Shown in pieces: positions 23,935 through 63,559 of a DNA stretch of 64,000 nucleotides. The notes beneath the pieces are model-generated. The model made no database searches and was not told the DNA's origin. It saw only the letters and a program-made list of their open reading frames with translations. Origin of the DNA: Phoronis australis (Eukaryota > Animalia > Phoronida); the NCBI GenBank assembly GCA_002633005.1, contig NMRA01000135.1, positions 466,183-530,182 of the forward strand, given 5' to 3'. Each line of letters begins with the position of its first letter. Within the stretch, counting starts at the first letter, position 1. The translations under genes were made by a program, and so were the position numbers.

Positions 23935-26480
23935 GTGAGTAGCTTCAAGATGAATGTGCAGCGTTGAACCTCCGAAGAATGTCTGCTTAATAAAATGAAT
24001 AGCTTCAACATGAATGTACAGTGTTATCTGTTAGTTTGGTGATGTTTATATGGTGTTAAGAATAGTGCAGGTGGTCTGATAGATGTTGCTTCAGATATGT
24101 ACAGGCTGCTCAGCTGGGCTCATTGTACCGAACACTTGAATCCATTTTTCATTTTTCACGCACGCATAATGCATTTAGACATAATTATTACACACAAATT
24201 AAGACAGAGCTGAGGAGTTAGAGACCAGTGCCTCAAGGATCTAACAGTGGGATCCAAAGGGGTTCAAACCTACGACCTTGCGAACAGGAGACTGACACTC
24301 AACTCACATTGCCTCTATTTTCAAGGGCATACTAAAAGTACACAGGGGGGTGTTTAAGGTTATGTAGGACCTTATTGACAAGTTTGTTACTCTATTTATG
24401 AAAAATGTAAATAACAGAAGTTCTGTAACAGAACATACTGTACGATAATTTTTTCTGACAATGCAGAGTCATCTGGCTCCTACTTGGGATTGATGGCTGT
24501 TTGCTGCTTGAGAATTTAAACTGGTAAAAGTATGATTTTCTGAATCTAGAGAGCCTGTAAATCATTTAAGCCTGATTTTTATAGCCCCTCATGCAAAACT
24601 GAAACTACTCCTAAAATTGTTTTGGAAAACTACATAAAGCATAATATCTGAAAGCTTCATAACAATCTAAGCAGTGTTTTCTAAGACACGATGTTCCAAA
24701 GTTTGCCAACTTTGGGCTTTTTTGTAGTCTTGCATAACCTTAATGGCCAGTGTGTGTTTTTTTTTTTGACTCCTGGGACAAGAAAATCATTTTGGAGCCA
24801 CATGGTATGTTTTGTGTGCCCTTAAAATCAACGGTGAAATGAAGCTTTTGACATAGAAACTCTTATTAGTATTCTGGGACTACAAAGGGAATTTCTGTTT
24901 GACCTAATTTCAAATTTTGGTGGTCGAGCAAGACGGGCCAAGCTATTAAAGACAAAACACATCCTTCATTCTTTACGTTGGGACTTTCTTACATGCATCA
25001 TTTGAACATACCACCATACAATAACGGTGATTTGATAACATGGTGAGATGGTACCACCATACAATAACGGTGATTTGAAGACATGGTGAGATGGAAAAGA
25101 ATTGTTTGTAGCAAAAAGTTAGTTACCTTTTGAAAAATCAAAATGGACTGTTTCGTTGTTTTGCATGAAACAAGTGAAGAGTAACCTTTTGTCATATAAA
25201 ATATGCCCAGATTTTGTGCATTAGTTTTCATGCATTAGATTTCATGTGCTAAATTTCATGTTATGAATGTTTGGATAGCAAAGAGTGGACTGTCAGGGAT
25301 GTCCCATAATTGAATGTGTTGTACACGTAGGTGTAAAAGTGCATGGATATTGACCGGTCAACAGTTGGTGGGCAAGTTTACCGACATGGCCAAGAACAAA
25401 GTCCAGGTTTACATGGCAGTGTTCAGGCTACACCAGTACGCAACAGACATCGTTGTGTCTTTTAATGATCCGGTCTACATCAGGTAATGCGTGCTGGGAC
25501 TTGAGCTGTAAGCTCAACTAAGGAACATGTCAAGACCAGTGGTCGAAATCAAAAGTTGCTTTTTTATGATGGAAGGTGGGTTTGTAGCCACCTTAAACTT
25601 ATTTTATGCAATACTATTTTGTGAACACAAGGAGTATAACCGACCTTTCTTCCAAATTGCGCTGTTGTCTTAGATCTTTTCTTACAAACATATTCCTTTT
25701 CTTTCGAACCGTTTTTTTCTCTCCTTGGTGGGAGGCTTGAGCAGGGGAGCTTCTTTTGATCTTTTAGGACGTGCCTCTAGTGTAGACCGTAAATATAGAA
25801 AGGAGTGTTAGGTACATCCTTACACAGGAACATCGAATCACTGTAAGTCTGGGGAAAGTTGATAATTTCGCCACTGTATGGCAAACGTCATTACCTGCTG
25901 CTTGACCTTCAATCGGGGTCAGACAATGAATGGGTCAAGCGGTGGCCAGCCACAGCAATCGACACGTGCATCTCGTAGTGTCAAGATTACGAACCTTGCC
26001 AGAGCAGCTGGTTATCACGGGTGTGGCAGTGGCAAATTTGCAAAATGTACCCAGACTTAATTGATTGTATTTTCCTGTGCAACGGCTTGCGCAGTACTCC
26101 TATCTTTACTTATTTTGTGTATACTACAGGATGAGAGAGATTAATCTCCTGTGGGCTTGGATAGGAGGGACTGTACATTGTATCAGTACTGTCTGTCTAC
26201 TACATCTGGTTATATTATTTTGAGAAATGTGTTTGAAAGAAAGCAGTGGTGCGAGATACGCAATAAAGTTTGTGAGAGAACCCTCACTGTCACTGAGAAT
26301 ACATTGCTTAGTGTGCGATGGAATGTTTTCCATATTGCTAACTGGTTCCATTCTCTATTCTGCAGTCCTCAGAGCAGTAGCCACACAGGAAAACCAGAGA
26401 TTAACAGATGGACCATAGAAGACTTCATTAAAGTAGCCACGTCACTCAGACTTGTGGACGCTTCACTTTTTGGCAGCTAA
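23839..26480 (+). CDS. RANGRF: Ran guanine nucleotide release factor (MOG1), 3' part; exons 23839-23934, 25331-25483, 26366-26480
   Basis: Spliced peptide FHFKDIAESNNA...CKSAWILTGQQLVGKF...FRLHQYATDIVVSFNDP...WTIEDFIKVATSLRLVDASLFGS* matches the Mog1 family from recall; all junctions are phase 2 and GT-AG; 5' exons not located. Confidence 0.9.
23893..24027. repeat. Degenerate ~59-bp tandem repeat spanning a RANGRF exon donor
   Basis: gtgcagtgttgaaccc...gtagcttcaagatgaat repeated about 2.2 times. Confidence 0.8.
24205..24315 (-). mobile_element. Degenerate tRNA-derived SINE fragment
   Basis: Minus-strand aaggtcgtaggtttgaacccc resembles a B-box/T-arm. Confidence 0.35.
24358..24739. mobile_element. 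Kolobok-like MITE with TTAA TSD
   Basis: ttaa|ggttatgtaggac ... gtcttgcataacc|ttaa. Confidence 0.6.
25009..25094. repeat. 43-bp tandem duplication
   Basis: taccaccatacaataacggtgatttga..acatggtgagatgg occurs twice. Confidence 0.9.
25331..25483 (+). CDS. RANGRF: RANGRF internal exon (CKSAWILTGQQLVGKF...TDIVVSFNDPVYI)
   Basis: Mog1 RL.QY.TD....FNxP motif; cgtag acceptor, gtaatg donor. Confidence 0.92.
26366..26480 (+). CDS. RANGRF: RANGRF terminal exon (PQSSSHTG...DASLFGS*)
   Basis: tgcag acceptor, TAA stop; Mog1 C-terminal pattern SL...D..(L/I)FG. Confidence 0.9.
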
Positions 26481-26952
26481 CAGAGAATTATGGGAGACGT
26501 AGCCATGTCAGCATGAAAATGTTTGTCTTTTCACATTCAAGTCATTGCACTGTGGATGGAGTTGAAGTCAAGGATTGTGTCTGTGGCAGGATGTGTTGAA
26601 GTTGGGAGATTGTGACATGGAAAGCAATCGTTGTCTTAAGTTACCTGTTGGTTATCTTTGAGGTACATTTTCTGGGTTAGCTGCTATTCCCTTTGAACAC
26701 TGGTGTACACTATACTGTAGTTAACAAGACTTCAGTTCAAGTAAGAGTTTGATAATCATTATGTAAGTTTCATTTTGTGTGATGATGCCTGTATGGTTTC
26801 TTACATTAAGCTAACAAGACAATGTTCTTGTAAGGGAGAATTTGTTGCAGTGGTTGCTAGTGGTTTTTGTGAGATCAGCCATAGCACAGAATGGACACTG
26901 GAACCCCCATGGTCGCAGTCTAAGACTCTGCTGGCAGAGCTAAACCTCACTC

Positions 26953-27055
26953 AATAAATGTCAGTATTTTAAGCCTATTGACCTGGTGAAGTCAGTGGCC
27001 TTGATTTCAATGAATGTCTGGCAGACAATGGCGAGAATTGGAGATTTGTAATAAA
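26953..27055 (+). terminator. Candidate RANGRF polyadenylation signals (AATAAA at 26953 and 27050)
   Basis: AATAAA hexamers 0.5-0.6 kb after the stop codon. Confidence 0.4.
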
Positions 27056-28562
27056 ATCACGAAAACAGATTTTGTTTTTTGTAGGTATGGTCAAAGCTAA
27101 GAACTTTGAGGCGTCTATCACATCCAAGATTATTCAAAATGTGTTTTAAGGTCATGAAACCAATAATGCCCCTTAACTCTTTCATTGCTATGAACTCCTT
27201 TTGGCAAGTTACCCAGTCGCTACTAAACGTGCCTATTGGCAAGTTGGATGCTTTCTTATTCTTGACTAAATTTATTCTCAATTTCATGGGTTATAGCTAC
27301 AGTTTAAAGACATTGGCAGGTGGCAGTTTTTAATTACCAAATCGGAAAGTTATTTATTTTTAGGAAATTTTGGTCCATTGCCTACCTGTCAAATTGCGAT
27401 TGATGAACCGTCCTGGGTGGAGGTTTAATTGGCGCCAATTCAAAACTCTCGCAATCCAGTAGCCAAGTTTAAAATATCAGATGCAAGGCAAGGGATGTAC
27501 TTAGCCAATGGGGTGTGAATTTCAAACGAACTCATACACTTGACCATTGATACGTTTTTTCACCTTAAATCTCACGACTTCCTTACCCGATGAATATTTG
27601 CCTCCATGTAAGTCAATTTTAGAATATCAAACAATGTGCCTCTTGTCCAGAAACTTGTTTTCGTAAAAGTTAACCAACAAATAATTTTATAGCATTTTTA
27701 GTGATAAGTCCCCATGTTTTACATATCCGAACAACTTATTTGGTTCTGGGAAGTATAGAAAACTTGACGGTGAAAGACTGGATCTTACATTTACTGGCAA
27801 CTCCGAGGGTTTGACTGGAACAATAGTTTTATTTAAAGCTGTAGTAAATCTAAGCAACATAACACATGGATGTGTTGACACCAAATCTATATAGCAGGTT
27901 ACAAAATGCTCAAAAAGGCTGACATTACCAGTTCTTTAAGTACAAAATAAAGAGACAGTTTAGCCAGATTATGTTGAATTTCCAACACCTATTATTACAT
28001 GGGTACCGATAAACTGTTAAAACACCAGTTAGATATGAATCTAGAGGTTTGTTGACCTTAGTTCACTGCACTTGAACAATCCCATACATCACAATATTGT
28101 TACAAGCAGATGAAGATTACAGCTGCGTAACTATACTAAACTGGAGATGTAAACTACCTGTACACATCTACTTGTGGTTACATCAAGGGAATGCACATCG
28201 CCAGAAAGGCCACTAAACGTGCACGCATAAACAAAATGGGGTTGCGAGAAAAACAAAAATGTGCGAAACCATGAGGGCTTTGTAACCTCATGACCTAACT
28301 TATGAACACCCTGCAAAATGGTATCCACAGAAATGATTGGTCGCTAAGGCTGGAATGTTGAATTATGGGTCGTAGCAAGCTGCAAGTAAAAAGACCATTT
28401 CTTTTCCACTAAACCAAGATTTCTTGGAGCACGTATCCTGCACTTGTAGAACGTGCTCTCGGTTTTACCTCTTTAAAGATCAGTCAGTCTAGCAACCAAT
28501 CACCAGGCATTTACTCACTCATCCCATATTTCATGAAAAATATGTCTGCAACGGCATTACTC

Positions 28563-53644
<25,082 letters not shown>

Positions 53645-53700
53645 GCTTTCTTGATTGTTTTCGCGGGAAATGAAAACAACTTCCGGTATCTATTCATAGA
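53645..53700 (-). promoter_or_regulatory. Candidate MSH2 distal promoter with E2F-like TTTTCGCGGGAAA (53658-53670) and ETS-like ACTTCCGGT (53679-53687)
   Basis: Motifs lie within about 45 bp upstream of the exon 1a ATG in CpG-rich DNA. Confidence 0.55.
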
Positions 53701-56700
53701 AATTGGAAAATCCCACGGAATTCCCTCCTGGTGCCAAGGCCGGGTCGGCGGTCGTGTTTACAAAAACGTGGCTTCAGGCAGACATCCATGAGGACACCTG
53801 TGCCAGATTGATTTCTACTTAAAAGTGTTTACTTATAATTGGTGAAACGTGCCGTACTTTTGAAACACAGCAAACGTGGAACATGTACGCCAAGCTACAG
53901 CTCCGAGGCCACCGCGCAGTGGCCTACCGTTTGCGGCAGTAGCGCCAGTCTCCCTTCGAAAGGGTTCAGTTGGCAATTGACATTGTAAAAATTCTTAGCG
54001 GCAGTTCAGGGCTTCCTTTTTTAATCAAAAACTATAAAAACAATACGAGTTCCTTCTTTCAACTACAAAAATCTACTTGTGACGTGATCCGACTACTTGG
54101 GTTCAGACTTACTGTGCGTATTTTTACTAAAAACATCATCTTGTACTATTCCAGGCGTAACTGAATGGGGTTAAAAGGTCAGGTATAAACAATCCTATTG
54201 AATTGACTTTGACACTGTAGGGTGGTGTTTTTAAAACAAAACCCTCTACTTACCAAGAGTGTGATTTTTTCATGGGCGTGACGTCCTAATAATTATAAAT
54301 AGGACTACGGTGTCCCCGGCCTTTTTCTAGTCCACTCTATACCAATGGATCCGGATATCATCCTAAATTTTTCAGATGGCAACCCGGTGCGACTGTCAAA
54401 ACATTACGGCTTCCGAGGTAGGCTAATGCCCAGTTACGCCATTCCATGGCGACTATCAAACCACCATGATTGAAGCGGGGAATGAATGACAAGAGCCAGG
54501 TAGGCCGGTTACCCTCGTGAAAATCAATGATGAATTTGAACTCGACGGATCATGACTTCTTGCAGTGAGTAAAAACCTTTCAAGCCATACTGAGACACAA
54601 TTGACGGACTTTGGACTGGGGATGTACGTCGACACTTCGCCGGGTACGAGTGGTGAAGTCAATTAGCAAAGTTCATCCCTCGGGCCGCCATCCAAAAGAC
54701 CCTCGGTTCATTTACTTTTGTGAGCCAAAACGATTTATTAGTTTAAACACGTGACAGATGTTATAAAAGTCACAATCCTGCCACTAAATGGGCCACTTTT
54801 GACCAAAAATGTCGTGGGGGATTTCTGAAACGAGACAGTGTGATCATTATAGGCTTATCATAAAGTATCGCTTACATCTACTACATGTACATCCCTGCCT
54901 TCAATATAAGGCCCGGACACTACTTTCCTAGATACATATAGTTTTCTAGGCTGTAAATGACATTTGATCTGTCCGGGCCCCTTTTCGATTGCAGCCAGTT
55001 TCAGTCATATCTCGGATTTAGGGTTTTGTTCCCCTCAGCAACCCCCGCCCCGGGTCCTAGAGGGCGGGCGGCCTTAGGTATGAAACGCACGTCCAGGTAC
55101 GTATGCCCATGCAGGTACCGCTCGTGTTCAAACGTTCCAAGAATTTCAAAAAGTACGAAGTCACAGGCACTTATGTTGCCTGGAAGTGTCCTTTTTGTTA
55201 ATAAAAGTGGAAGAAAAACATCTTGCAAAAGAGAATCTTGGTTTTGCGCTAGAAGCATCCCAGTCGTAACAATTTCTCAAACCATAAGTATCGTGGCTAT
55301 AAAGCAAAGATACTACAGTTACACCAAGGTTGTTGTACAGTATCTTTGGGTAAAGTATGTAATTCATTTATGTGAAATTGTGGTATAATGTAGGAATTAG
55401 AGTGAAACGTATTAGCAGTGTTGTGTGTGCGGTACGGTGTCTCGATCGGGCAATGAGATGGTTGTGTACCGTAATTAAGTGTAGAACACTCAATTAGTCT
55501 AGTAATAGCAACTGGCAGAAGCAAAGTGAGGATTGTCTTTATTAGACAAGTGAAAGGTTTACATAAACGTTACAAATGTGTGGGTTACATACACTAAACT
55601 TCACTTTTCTACAGGAAGTAACAGTAAACAACTTTAGAAACTTTCACAACTATCATAAGAACTTCTCTATTAGTCAGTTGTCTCGGGCAACTATTCTGAA
55701 AATGACCATTACGCAATCTTGCTTCATACAAACTTCATCATAACAAGAGTGGATGCACCGGATGAGCCAGTGACTCAAATGAAATCCAAAACCAACACCA
55801 AGAGCCTGCTAGTAAAGTAACAATATAGATACTACTATCGAAATCAACATACTGAGTTAAAATGCATCATGAATATATCGTAGACTTCATAACAGAAAAG
55901 GATTTAGTATCTCACATTGCTGACTACCATGGCTTATCCTATTCCCCCTTATATGGGTTGGCATTATTCCCAAAAATCCTTGAATTACATTGAAGACAAG
56001 GACATTCAGTTTCACTTGACGTTTCATAGGTGGCTGTTACTCGCATTAGGTCACAATTTAATATACTTTCAGTGTTTATTTCACTGAGTTGAAACAAGAA
56101 ACAGATGGGACCAGACTTGAGGTCATAACACAGCGTTACTCAACCAAGCATCTCACCAAGCGTGTATACATTCTTTAACTATTGGGGGTCAAAATCAAAA
56201 TTTGAAACACGCGTATGTTCGTTCCATCCTTGGATATTCAATTTTTAACACAGACTAACACTTCAAGTTCTAAAAAAAACATGACGTCAAACCTTCAGTT
56301 GTTACTGACGGCCAACTGAATATTTTCGTCTACCTCTCTTATGAGATGTAACATTTGTACTTTACAATTTGAGACACCAGTTTTTAGGACTCAAAAACAC
56401 ATTTGGAATGCTCTTTCAGTCTCTGACGCTGAACCTCTAAACGACATTAGCTCGGGGAAGAAAATCTAACACTACCTGATGAAAAGCCCCGAACAACTGT
56501 TGAAGTGTTTTGTTTACGGCTCAACTTAACGTATTTTTCGAATCTTTAATGTTAACCTGATCCAATACTAACCACAGTGCCGCACAGCAATAATTACAGT
56601 GCGTGGAACTCTTACCGCACACCACAAAAACTCCTACCATGCACAAAAACCCTTACCACCACGGAACGAACTCCAACCATATACACGCACTTGCCACTTA

Positions 56701-56820
56701 AAATTTTTAGTTAAAGTAACTGCGTCCAGTTTACTTTGATATGCATTGTTTTTCCGGTCACTTGCACTGAAGATTATGTGTGGTAAAAGTACCTGACAGA
56801 GTGTGGCGGTTTGAGTTCTA

Positions 56821-57071
56821 GGGCCCGTTTCAAGGAAAGTGACTTAGCTAAGACAAATCTTAAATTTAAGTCATTTTAAGATGAAAGTGTAACTTGTCTT
56901 CAGTTCAGCGTGACAGGAAAGTGACCTTAAGTTTGACTAAAGTTTTTGACTTAAGTTTTGTCTTAAGTTCGACTAACTTACCGGATATGGAAGTGTCTGA
57001 GTTTGGAAGTTGAGACAAATCTTAGACTTAAGTATAAAATGAACTTAAGTCAGCTTCTTGGAACGGATTCC
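56821..57071. mobile_element. Harbinger-like MITE with internal GACTTAAG repeats
   Basis: gggcccgtttcaaggaaagtgacttag ... cttaagtcagcttcttggaacggattcc, imperfect TIR. Confidence 0.55.
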
Positions 57072-60000
57072 AGGTTCCCAAGAAAGATCTTTTGGACGTG
57101 ATGGTGATCAGGAGAGGTGCGCACGCACCCGTGTTAGAATTGCTTTCCATATCCTAAATTAGGTCAAGCGAAAATCGCAGACATCAAACAAGAGTAAATC
57201 AAATTTGCGAGTGCGAATCTTGCATCCAGTCTACAATGTAATCGTATGAAATTAGGAACGAGCCGTACTGATGGAAAACTTCTAAGACAAAATCATAGAA
57301 ATTTAACGATGTCTCCGTGTGTGGCTTTGATCAACCGAATGTTACTTGCCAAGTGTAACTGATGGTCGTTACTCTGTGGCTGGCTAAGAAGGAAAGGCAC
57401 GCATGGCTTTTTATCGAGGCCGGCCTTCAACAGTGATTTTCACCATCCGAGCGTGCGGGGATGTCACACGGGCATAGCTAATGTACACACTGAACAAAAT
57501 TCTGTAACCAGGACCCTTTAGAACTGCGAATGCTTTGCTTGAGAGCCAATAGTAATTCATTTTGATTGTGGTTAAAAATCGCCGTGATAGTTACGAGTTC
57601 CAGAACTCCAGGCTCACTCGACAGACGTCTGAGAGACTGTTTATTTACGGCACTCGTTGTGTAACGCGTTAAAAATTGATTGCTGTTAATGTTTTTGGCA
57701 CCCAGGGAGCCGTCTCCATGCGTCACTATCAACTACGTATTTCTGTCAGAACTCCACGATTAAGAGCGACTGGAAGCAAAAGAAACCCCGCACAAAGTTA
57801 GAATTAGAAATAAATCTCGAGCTGGTGTTAGGCTTCATTTCAAGGGATCGCCCCAACACCGACCTTTGCGTGCAAACAGTACAGAGATCCATTATGAGTT
57901 CTAGGACTCTATTCGTTTTGACCACGTTCAACGTATTTGAACACGTTGCCCGCAAAACATGGTACCTGAATCAATGACATAATATCGCTTGTACAATGAT
58001 TATCAATTGTTTCTAATTTCTGGAAATGTACCACAAGAAGCAGTAAATCTGATACTTCGAATTGTCGTAAATTTTATATTTGGAAAGTGGACAATTCACT
58101 GATTTCGTCTCATTAAATTGTATCCGAGCTGATCATTGCATTTTAATATGTTCCAAAGCAAAATGAGCAGGTCACCGATTGACTAAAGATGTGGTTATTG
58201 ATACATCATGCTAGATGCGTTGTGACTTTAATAAACGTATATTGAGCGCTGGTTAGCAAATAGGATTATTGCCTTAGAACATCCCGTTTGAGCCAGTCCG
58301 TGGCGAGTCAGTAGGCTGCTTTGATTCAATTTCACCACGGTCACAAAAAATTGAGTTGTGACGTAAGTCGAATCATTAACTCTTCTGGTTTTGTATAGTT
58401 TTACTGTAGTCAGGACGGAGTTTGTGGTGTTATTGTTTGCTTGAATAAACTGGTTCATGATTTTATCTCGAAATTGAGCAGATTTTTCACGCGCAGACAT
58501 AGCGGCCAGTGCAACTAAAATTCAATCTCAGACATGCGTGCTACATTGAGACTGACTGCGCACGCAATCGAAAACGGAAGCAATCTCCATTGGGCGTTTA
58601 TAATTTGGTCTGATTACGGGATACTCAACGCATGCTATTAGAGAGTCGATTAGTACAACTGTTAAACTCCCATTAACCGTTGTGTAACTCCCGTAAATCA
58701 AAATAATTCACTCACTGATTGCTATGTCTAGCTAACTAATGTCAAGTGTCGCGTGACTTACAAACAATTAATGTTATGGCTCTAGACGATCTTAAAAACC
58801 GCAGTTGTTTGTTTGTTATCTATTCTTCCTGGTACCAAGGGCGGGTCTTTGGTTTGATGAAATATGTGACGTTCAGCTGCAACGTATTTTCGCACAGACA
58901 TGCAGCTGGCAAGGAGCGATTTTCTTGAAGCTTAAAAATATGCAGACGGTTTAAAAATGTAACTAGTTGCTGGGTTTTATTTTCCTAAACCGTATTGATA
59001 ACGAAGAGTATGACGACAACAATGAAGACAACAACGACGATACGATGCATATTTCTTGTTTTCTTGTTCGAGGGTAAAAAATTGAGCAAAATGAAAAGGA
59101 ACACATTTTCTCAATGTGCATGTTTGACAAATGTCGTGAGCGACCAATTCAAGAATCTTTACGAGACGTCAATATTGGCATGCGGATGCTTGCCGCATTT
59201 GACGCAGTCACAGGCCATCAAAGAGGCAGAGGCGCTGAATGAACACATCATTCAACATAACAAGTACGAAGATGTACTTTTCACACAGAGACAATATTTA
59301 TCCTACATGCAATATTAAACGCGCTTTTTAAATCCATTGTGTTCCAGATGAAAATCAATAAAATAGCAAAGTTGAGTAAAAATTCTACTTAACCACGCGC
59401 GCATCCAGCCTAAAAAATGAGCGGCTCGAATTTTTGAGAATGTGGACTGTTTACAAAAAACGTGGTACGTTCAGAGCTATGAATTGTGCATTCACCGAAT
59501 TTTTGTAGTTCCTGCCTTTTTAGTGGACTTTTGTCTCGTTTTCTACTTTTTCAGACTTTTTGTTTTTCTGAGGCGAACCTTTTTGCCCATTTCGTCTAAT
59601 GTGGGGGGAGGCTCCTTCGAGACTACCTAGCCCTCCTCCCGGGTGTGCGTGAGATACCGCTAAGAAGGGAAGCAGGGTGCTGGCGATATCAGTTCTTAAA
59701 ACATTCACGACGAATCACTGAAGCAAATTTGTTGCCGACCCGTGATTACTATCGTTACTTCACGTGGTTTTCTTATCAATAAAATCTAGTGTTAACTGTC
59801 GTTTGTTTGGACTGGTTTCTTGACACCATTTCGCCAAACTGCCCACATCGACAACGCCTGGGGTGCGTTCTCGGCGACGATGAGAGAAATTCGCGAAGCA
59901 TTTGAGGGAGTTAAATAATTTAGTCTCGAGAAAGTCGCAAAAAGTAACATCACGCAAAACCACGCAAAATCCTGCGAATTACAGACGAGTGTTTCGCGAG

Positions 60001-63000
60001 CACTGTATGCTCGGGACCTTATACATAACGTATCCTAGCAAATTAGGGGTCACTGAAGTGTTTGATTGGAAAGGTTCGACTGATGAATTATGGGATAAAA
60101 TTCAATAGAAAAAATGAGCCCCGGGTTCTAACGTTGTTTAAAATCTTTGACGTTGAGACCGAGGAGCCATAAATAGGTGGAGACCAATTAGTCTGCATAA
60201 TCTTTTATTTCGAATCTGGACTAAGTCAAGAGAAACATGCACAGTCTCCGAAAATTGACACAGCTTTGGTGTCAGGCCGCCTGCCAATGTTATCACAAAT
60301 TAAACCGCGAATAAATTGCATTATTTTTAAACTTAAAGCACATTTTAAACGTCGTTTAGTGATCTGTAAGACAGCATACGAGTACAACAGCAACCTATAT
60401 CCAATTAAAAAGGGTGCCAGTGAAATCGACGTCGGTCAACACTCGAACAAAAGGTTAGTGTATTTAGAATGGTTGAAAAAACGACAGATTTTATGTCTCG
60501 TTTATGAGGCAAGTTAAACGATGCAGAACTTGCGCTTTAAAAAAACTTTGATTGACTTCACAGCTCCCGCGTCTGTCATTTTTAGTCCCAATGCGCTCTG
60601 AAATATCTGGGGTCACTGCCGAAGAGGCGATCAACTTTTTAAAAACAGCGTCCATAGAAATTTTAGTGTTGAATGGAACGCGATAATTCTTATCTCGAGT
60701 TTACTAGTTGCGGTCTAGCCTCGTTGCAGCCGCCAGCCCTCAGACGGCTTCTCAACTAGCTGATTATATTCATTCAGTCTCAATTTGTAAAGTCAAGTGA
60801 TTCGACTTGCCTGATAGGTGTCGCTCAGAGTGTTAGGGGTTTACTACGAACAAACAACGCACCATCTGTACACACACGGTAAGCGACATTACAAATGTGT
60901 TACAGAGCGGTTATCAACATTGAGAGAAAAGCAAACCTGTCGTGATGAGGGGACCAACCTGTGAACATGTTGGGAGGGCCAGCCTTCGTTGCCGAGTTAC
61001 TCGAAGTCATGTCTCAGATTCGAATAGATCCGAGCCGTCGAGTCTCACTACGGTACTAGTGTTGTATAACACTGTGCTCGATATTGAAACCGATTAAATC
61101 CTGTTTTATACATTTTGTAATCAAATTGGTGGGAAATTAACACTGACACAACGGTAATTATTCCATTTGATTTGTTCATTTAGAAGGAACATCACGGCAT
61201 TCATGTCCTCGATCACAGACGAATGACATAATTGAGCGGAAACAATGAAAACTCGGGAAAAACTATTTACCAATTTCTGAAAGTAGCGAGCTTGTAGAAT
61301 ATACTTTTTAACGTAACACAATGTGACATCGATTGAAGTGGAATTCAAGAATGAGCATCAGCAACGGTGTGAGTAAGACGACCAAAAATTTGTTTCGTAC
61401 AATGTTACAGGACGCAATCTCAAAAACGCTCGTACTGTTTTCCAAAAAAATCTTTTCTTCTTAGTTTCATGGATTTTTTATTTTTCATTTAACTCCTAAA
61501 ACTCAGAGTTCTGTAAGGCAGCGATGCCCAAAGCAGAATACTTTAGAAATGACCCTTACACAGGATTTGGAAAACCGCGATATGAAGTGTATTACCTGAA
61601 CGTTTCATTTTAATTCGACCAGTCCTTTGAGCTACGTTATTGAAATTTGCTCTCTTGCGTCATTTCCAAAAGCGAGAGATTAGGAGGTACGTTTACTGTA
61701 TATCGGTTAGAAGTATCAATACAATCCTATATCGTTATTTTTTGTTCGATATCAAGCTACTTAAGCGATATTTTCATTAATACGGCCTTTCAAAATATCG
61801 GTATAACCAAGTTTTTAATTTTCTGCATGTCTGGGTTTAGTTGGTTACCATTAGGTCGAGGTTGAAACCAATAAATTAGTTTAATCCGTTTACTTTGAAA
61901 AATAAATGACAAGTTGAAGGAATACTACAACAAGTGAAACAATGTTCAGCTAAGTAACGAACATTAACTATACGGTCATGTCAACAAGTATCTTCAGTGA
62001 TCGAAAGTCACAAATTCTAAAACGATACGGAAGTGACAAAGGTGTGCAGGTGAAAAACTAGAAAATGCATTTCTAAAACTAAGACAAGTTTCTTGATATG
62101 TAACACAAATCGCATTCACTCGTACAACAGTAACACAGTATGCAATAAAATGGAATACAAAGAAAAATGGAACATTTCCAACGTTTGTTTTTTTGAATTT
62201 TCAACACAAGCTGTACAGCCAGTCAGTTTCAGACGTGTCTACATTGTACGACTAAGGACTTTGCTGAATGCTAGATACGGCTACAATGATTGTATGAATA
62301 TCACAAGTTTAGCAGTCGATATGCTCAGAATAACTTGCACTTCTGTAGAAATGCTGTGGAATTTCCGTCAGAATGTATAAGAGACCGCAGATTATTAAAA
62401 CCAGCCCGCTGAGGAGTCAATAGTATGGTTTAGATTACACCGAGTCGGCGGTGACGTACTCAAAGGACAAAAAATAGTCTAGCAAGGCTACACTATTCGA
62501 CTCCAGTTCAGTGAACTTGTACGGGACACTGTGTTGAAACAGCCATTGCTAAAATATTCCACAATTTTTAAAATTCCAACCAAACGAATAGGATCGTCGT
62601 CTATTTGTTATTTGCAACGAAATTTCCAAAATAAGTTGGCGAAAAACACCGAGCTCAAGCAGTTATTGATTTTTGTCAACTCGTTTAGAAGACTCCTCAC
62701 AAAAACCGTGTTTCGTATTAACAAAGATCATAGACTATGGTATAACTTATGTTGGTAAACAGTAGTCGGTCCTCCTCCCTCACTAACCGTATAAGTCTAA
62801 GTGACAACGTTCTTTCCCACTGTTAGTTAGCTCCTTACTTTCTTAACACAGTTCTGGTCTCATGAACCATTGCTCAATGCCTGCAAATTGATTGAAGACA
62901 CAATAAATGCTAAATGACACAACAACTGTGTTGACAAGACAAGAACGACGGTGCTGTAAGAAATGGGATTGACTATTAGCGAGGAAACTTTTTAGAACAA

Positions 63001-63559
63001 AAGAACGCTGTCAATAAGAATGCCAGTGTGGTTCGTGTGGGAAGAAGACTGGCTACCCTGTAATAAAAAAATAAGTGGTTTTAGCAATTGTATACTATTT
63101 TTTTTGTCTGGGTAGCACGAGAATCCACTTAGACGGCAACAACTACCAGCTGATAGAAATAGAGCATCTCTCCACGGTGCCGCATAACGATATTTATCTA
63201 GCATGTAATAACTCTGAATTTTTTAATAGCTTTGAAGATTATCAAACGCAATTTTAGCAAATTAACGCAACGACTTGTTGCTATGGCGACAAAGGCGATA
63301 CGTCGTATCTTTGAAATTTAATCCATGTATTATCGCCCATGTATTAGGGTGTATTATAGTGACCCAAGACAAAGTAATGCGAAAGAAAGTTCAGTAACCT
63401 AAACGGTAGGAAATCTTTTAAAACACAGCACACTTTACACGGACACCGCGAGGACTGTTTAGCGCCCACTACTGACAGCGACACATCTCGTGACTTCACC
63501 ACACTACATGTATGTCTGCATGAAAGTGACGACAACTAGTATTATGCGTCATTTAACTC

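Noticed and set aside
54957-55388. 143-aa ORF, the longest in the track, as a divergent gene
   Set aside because: No recognisable domain or splice structure, and the composition is not convincingly protein-like.
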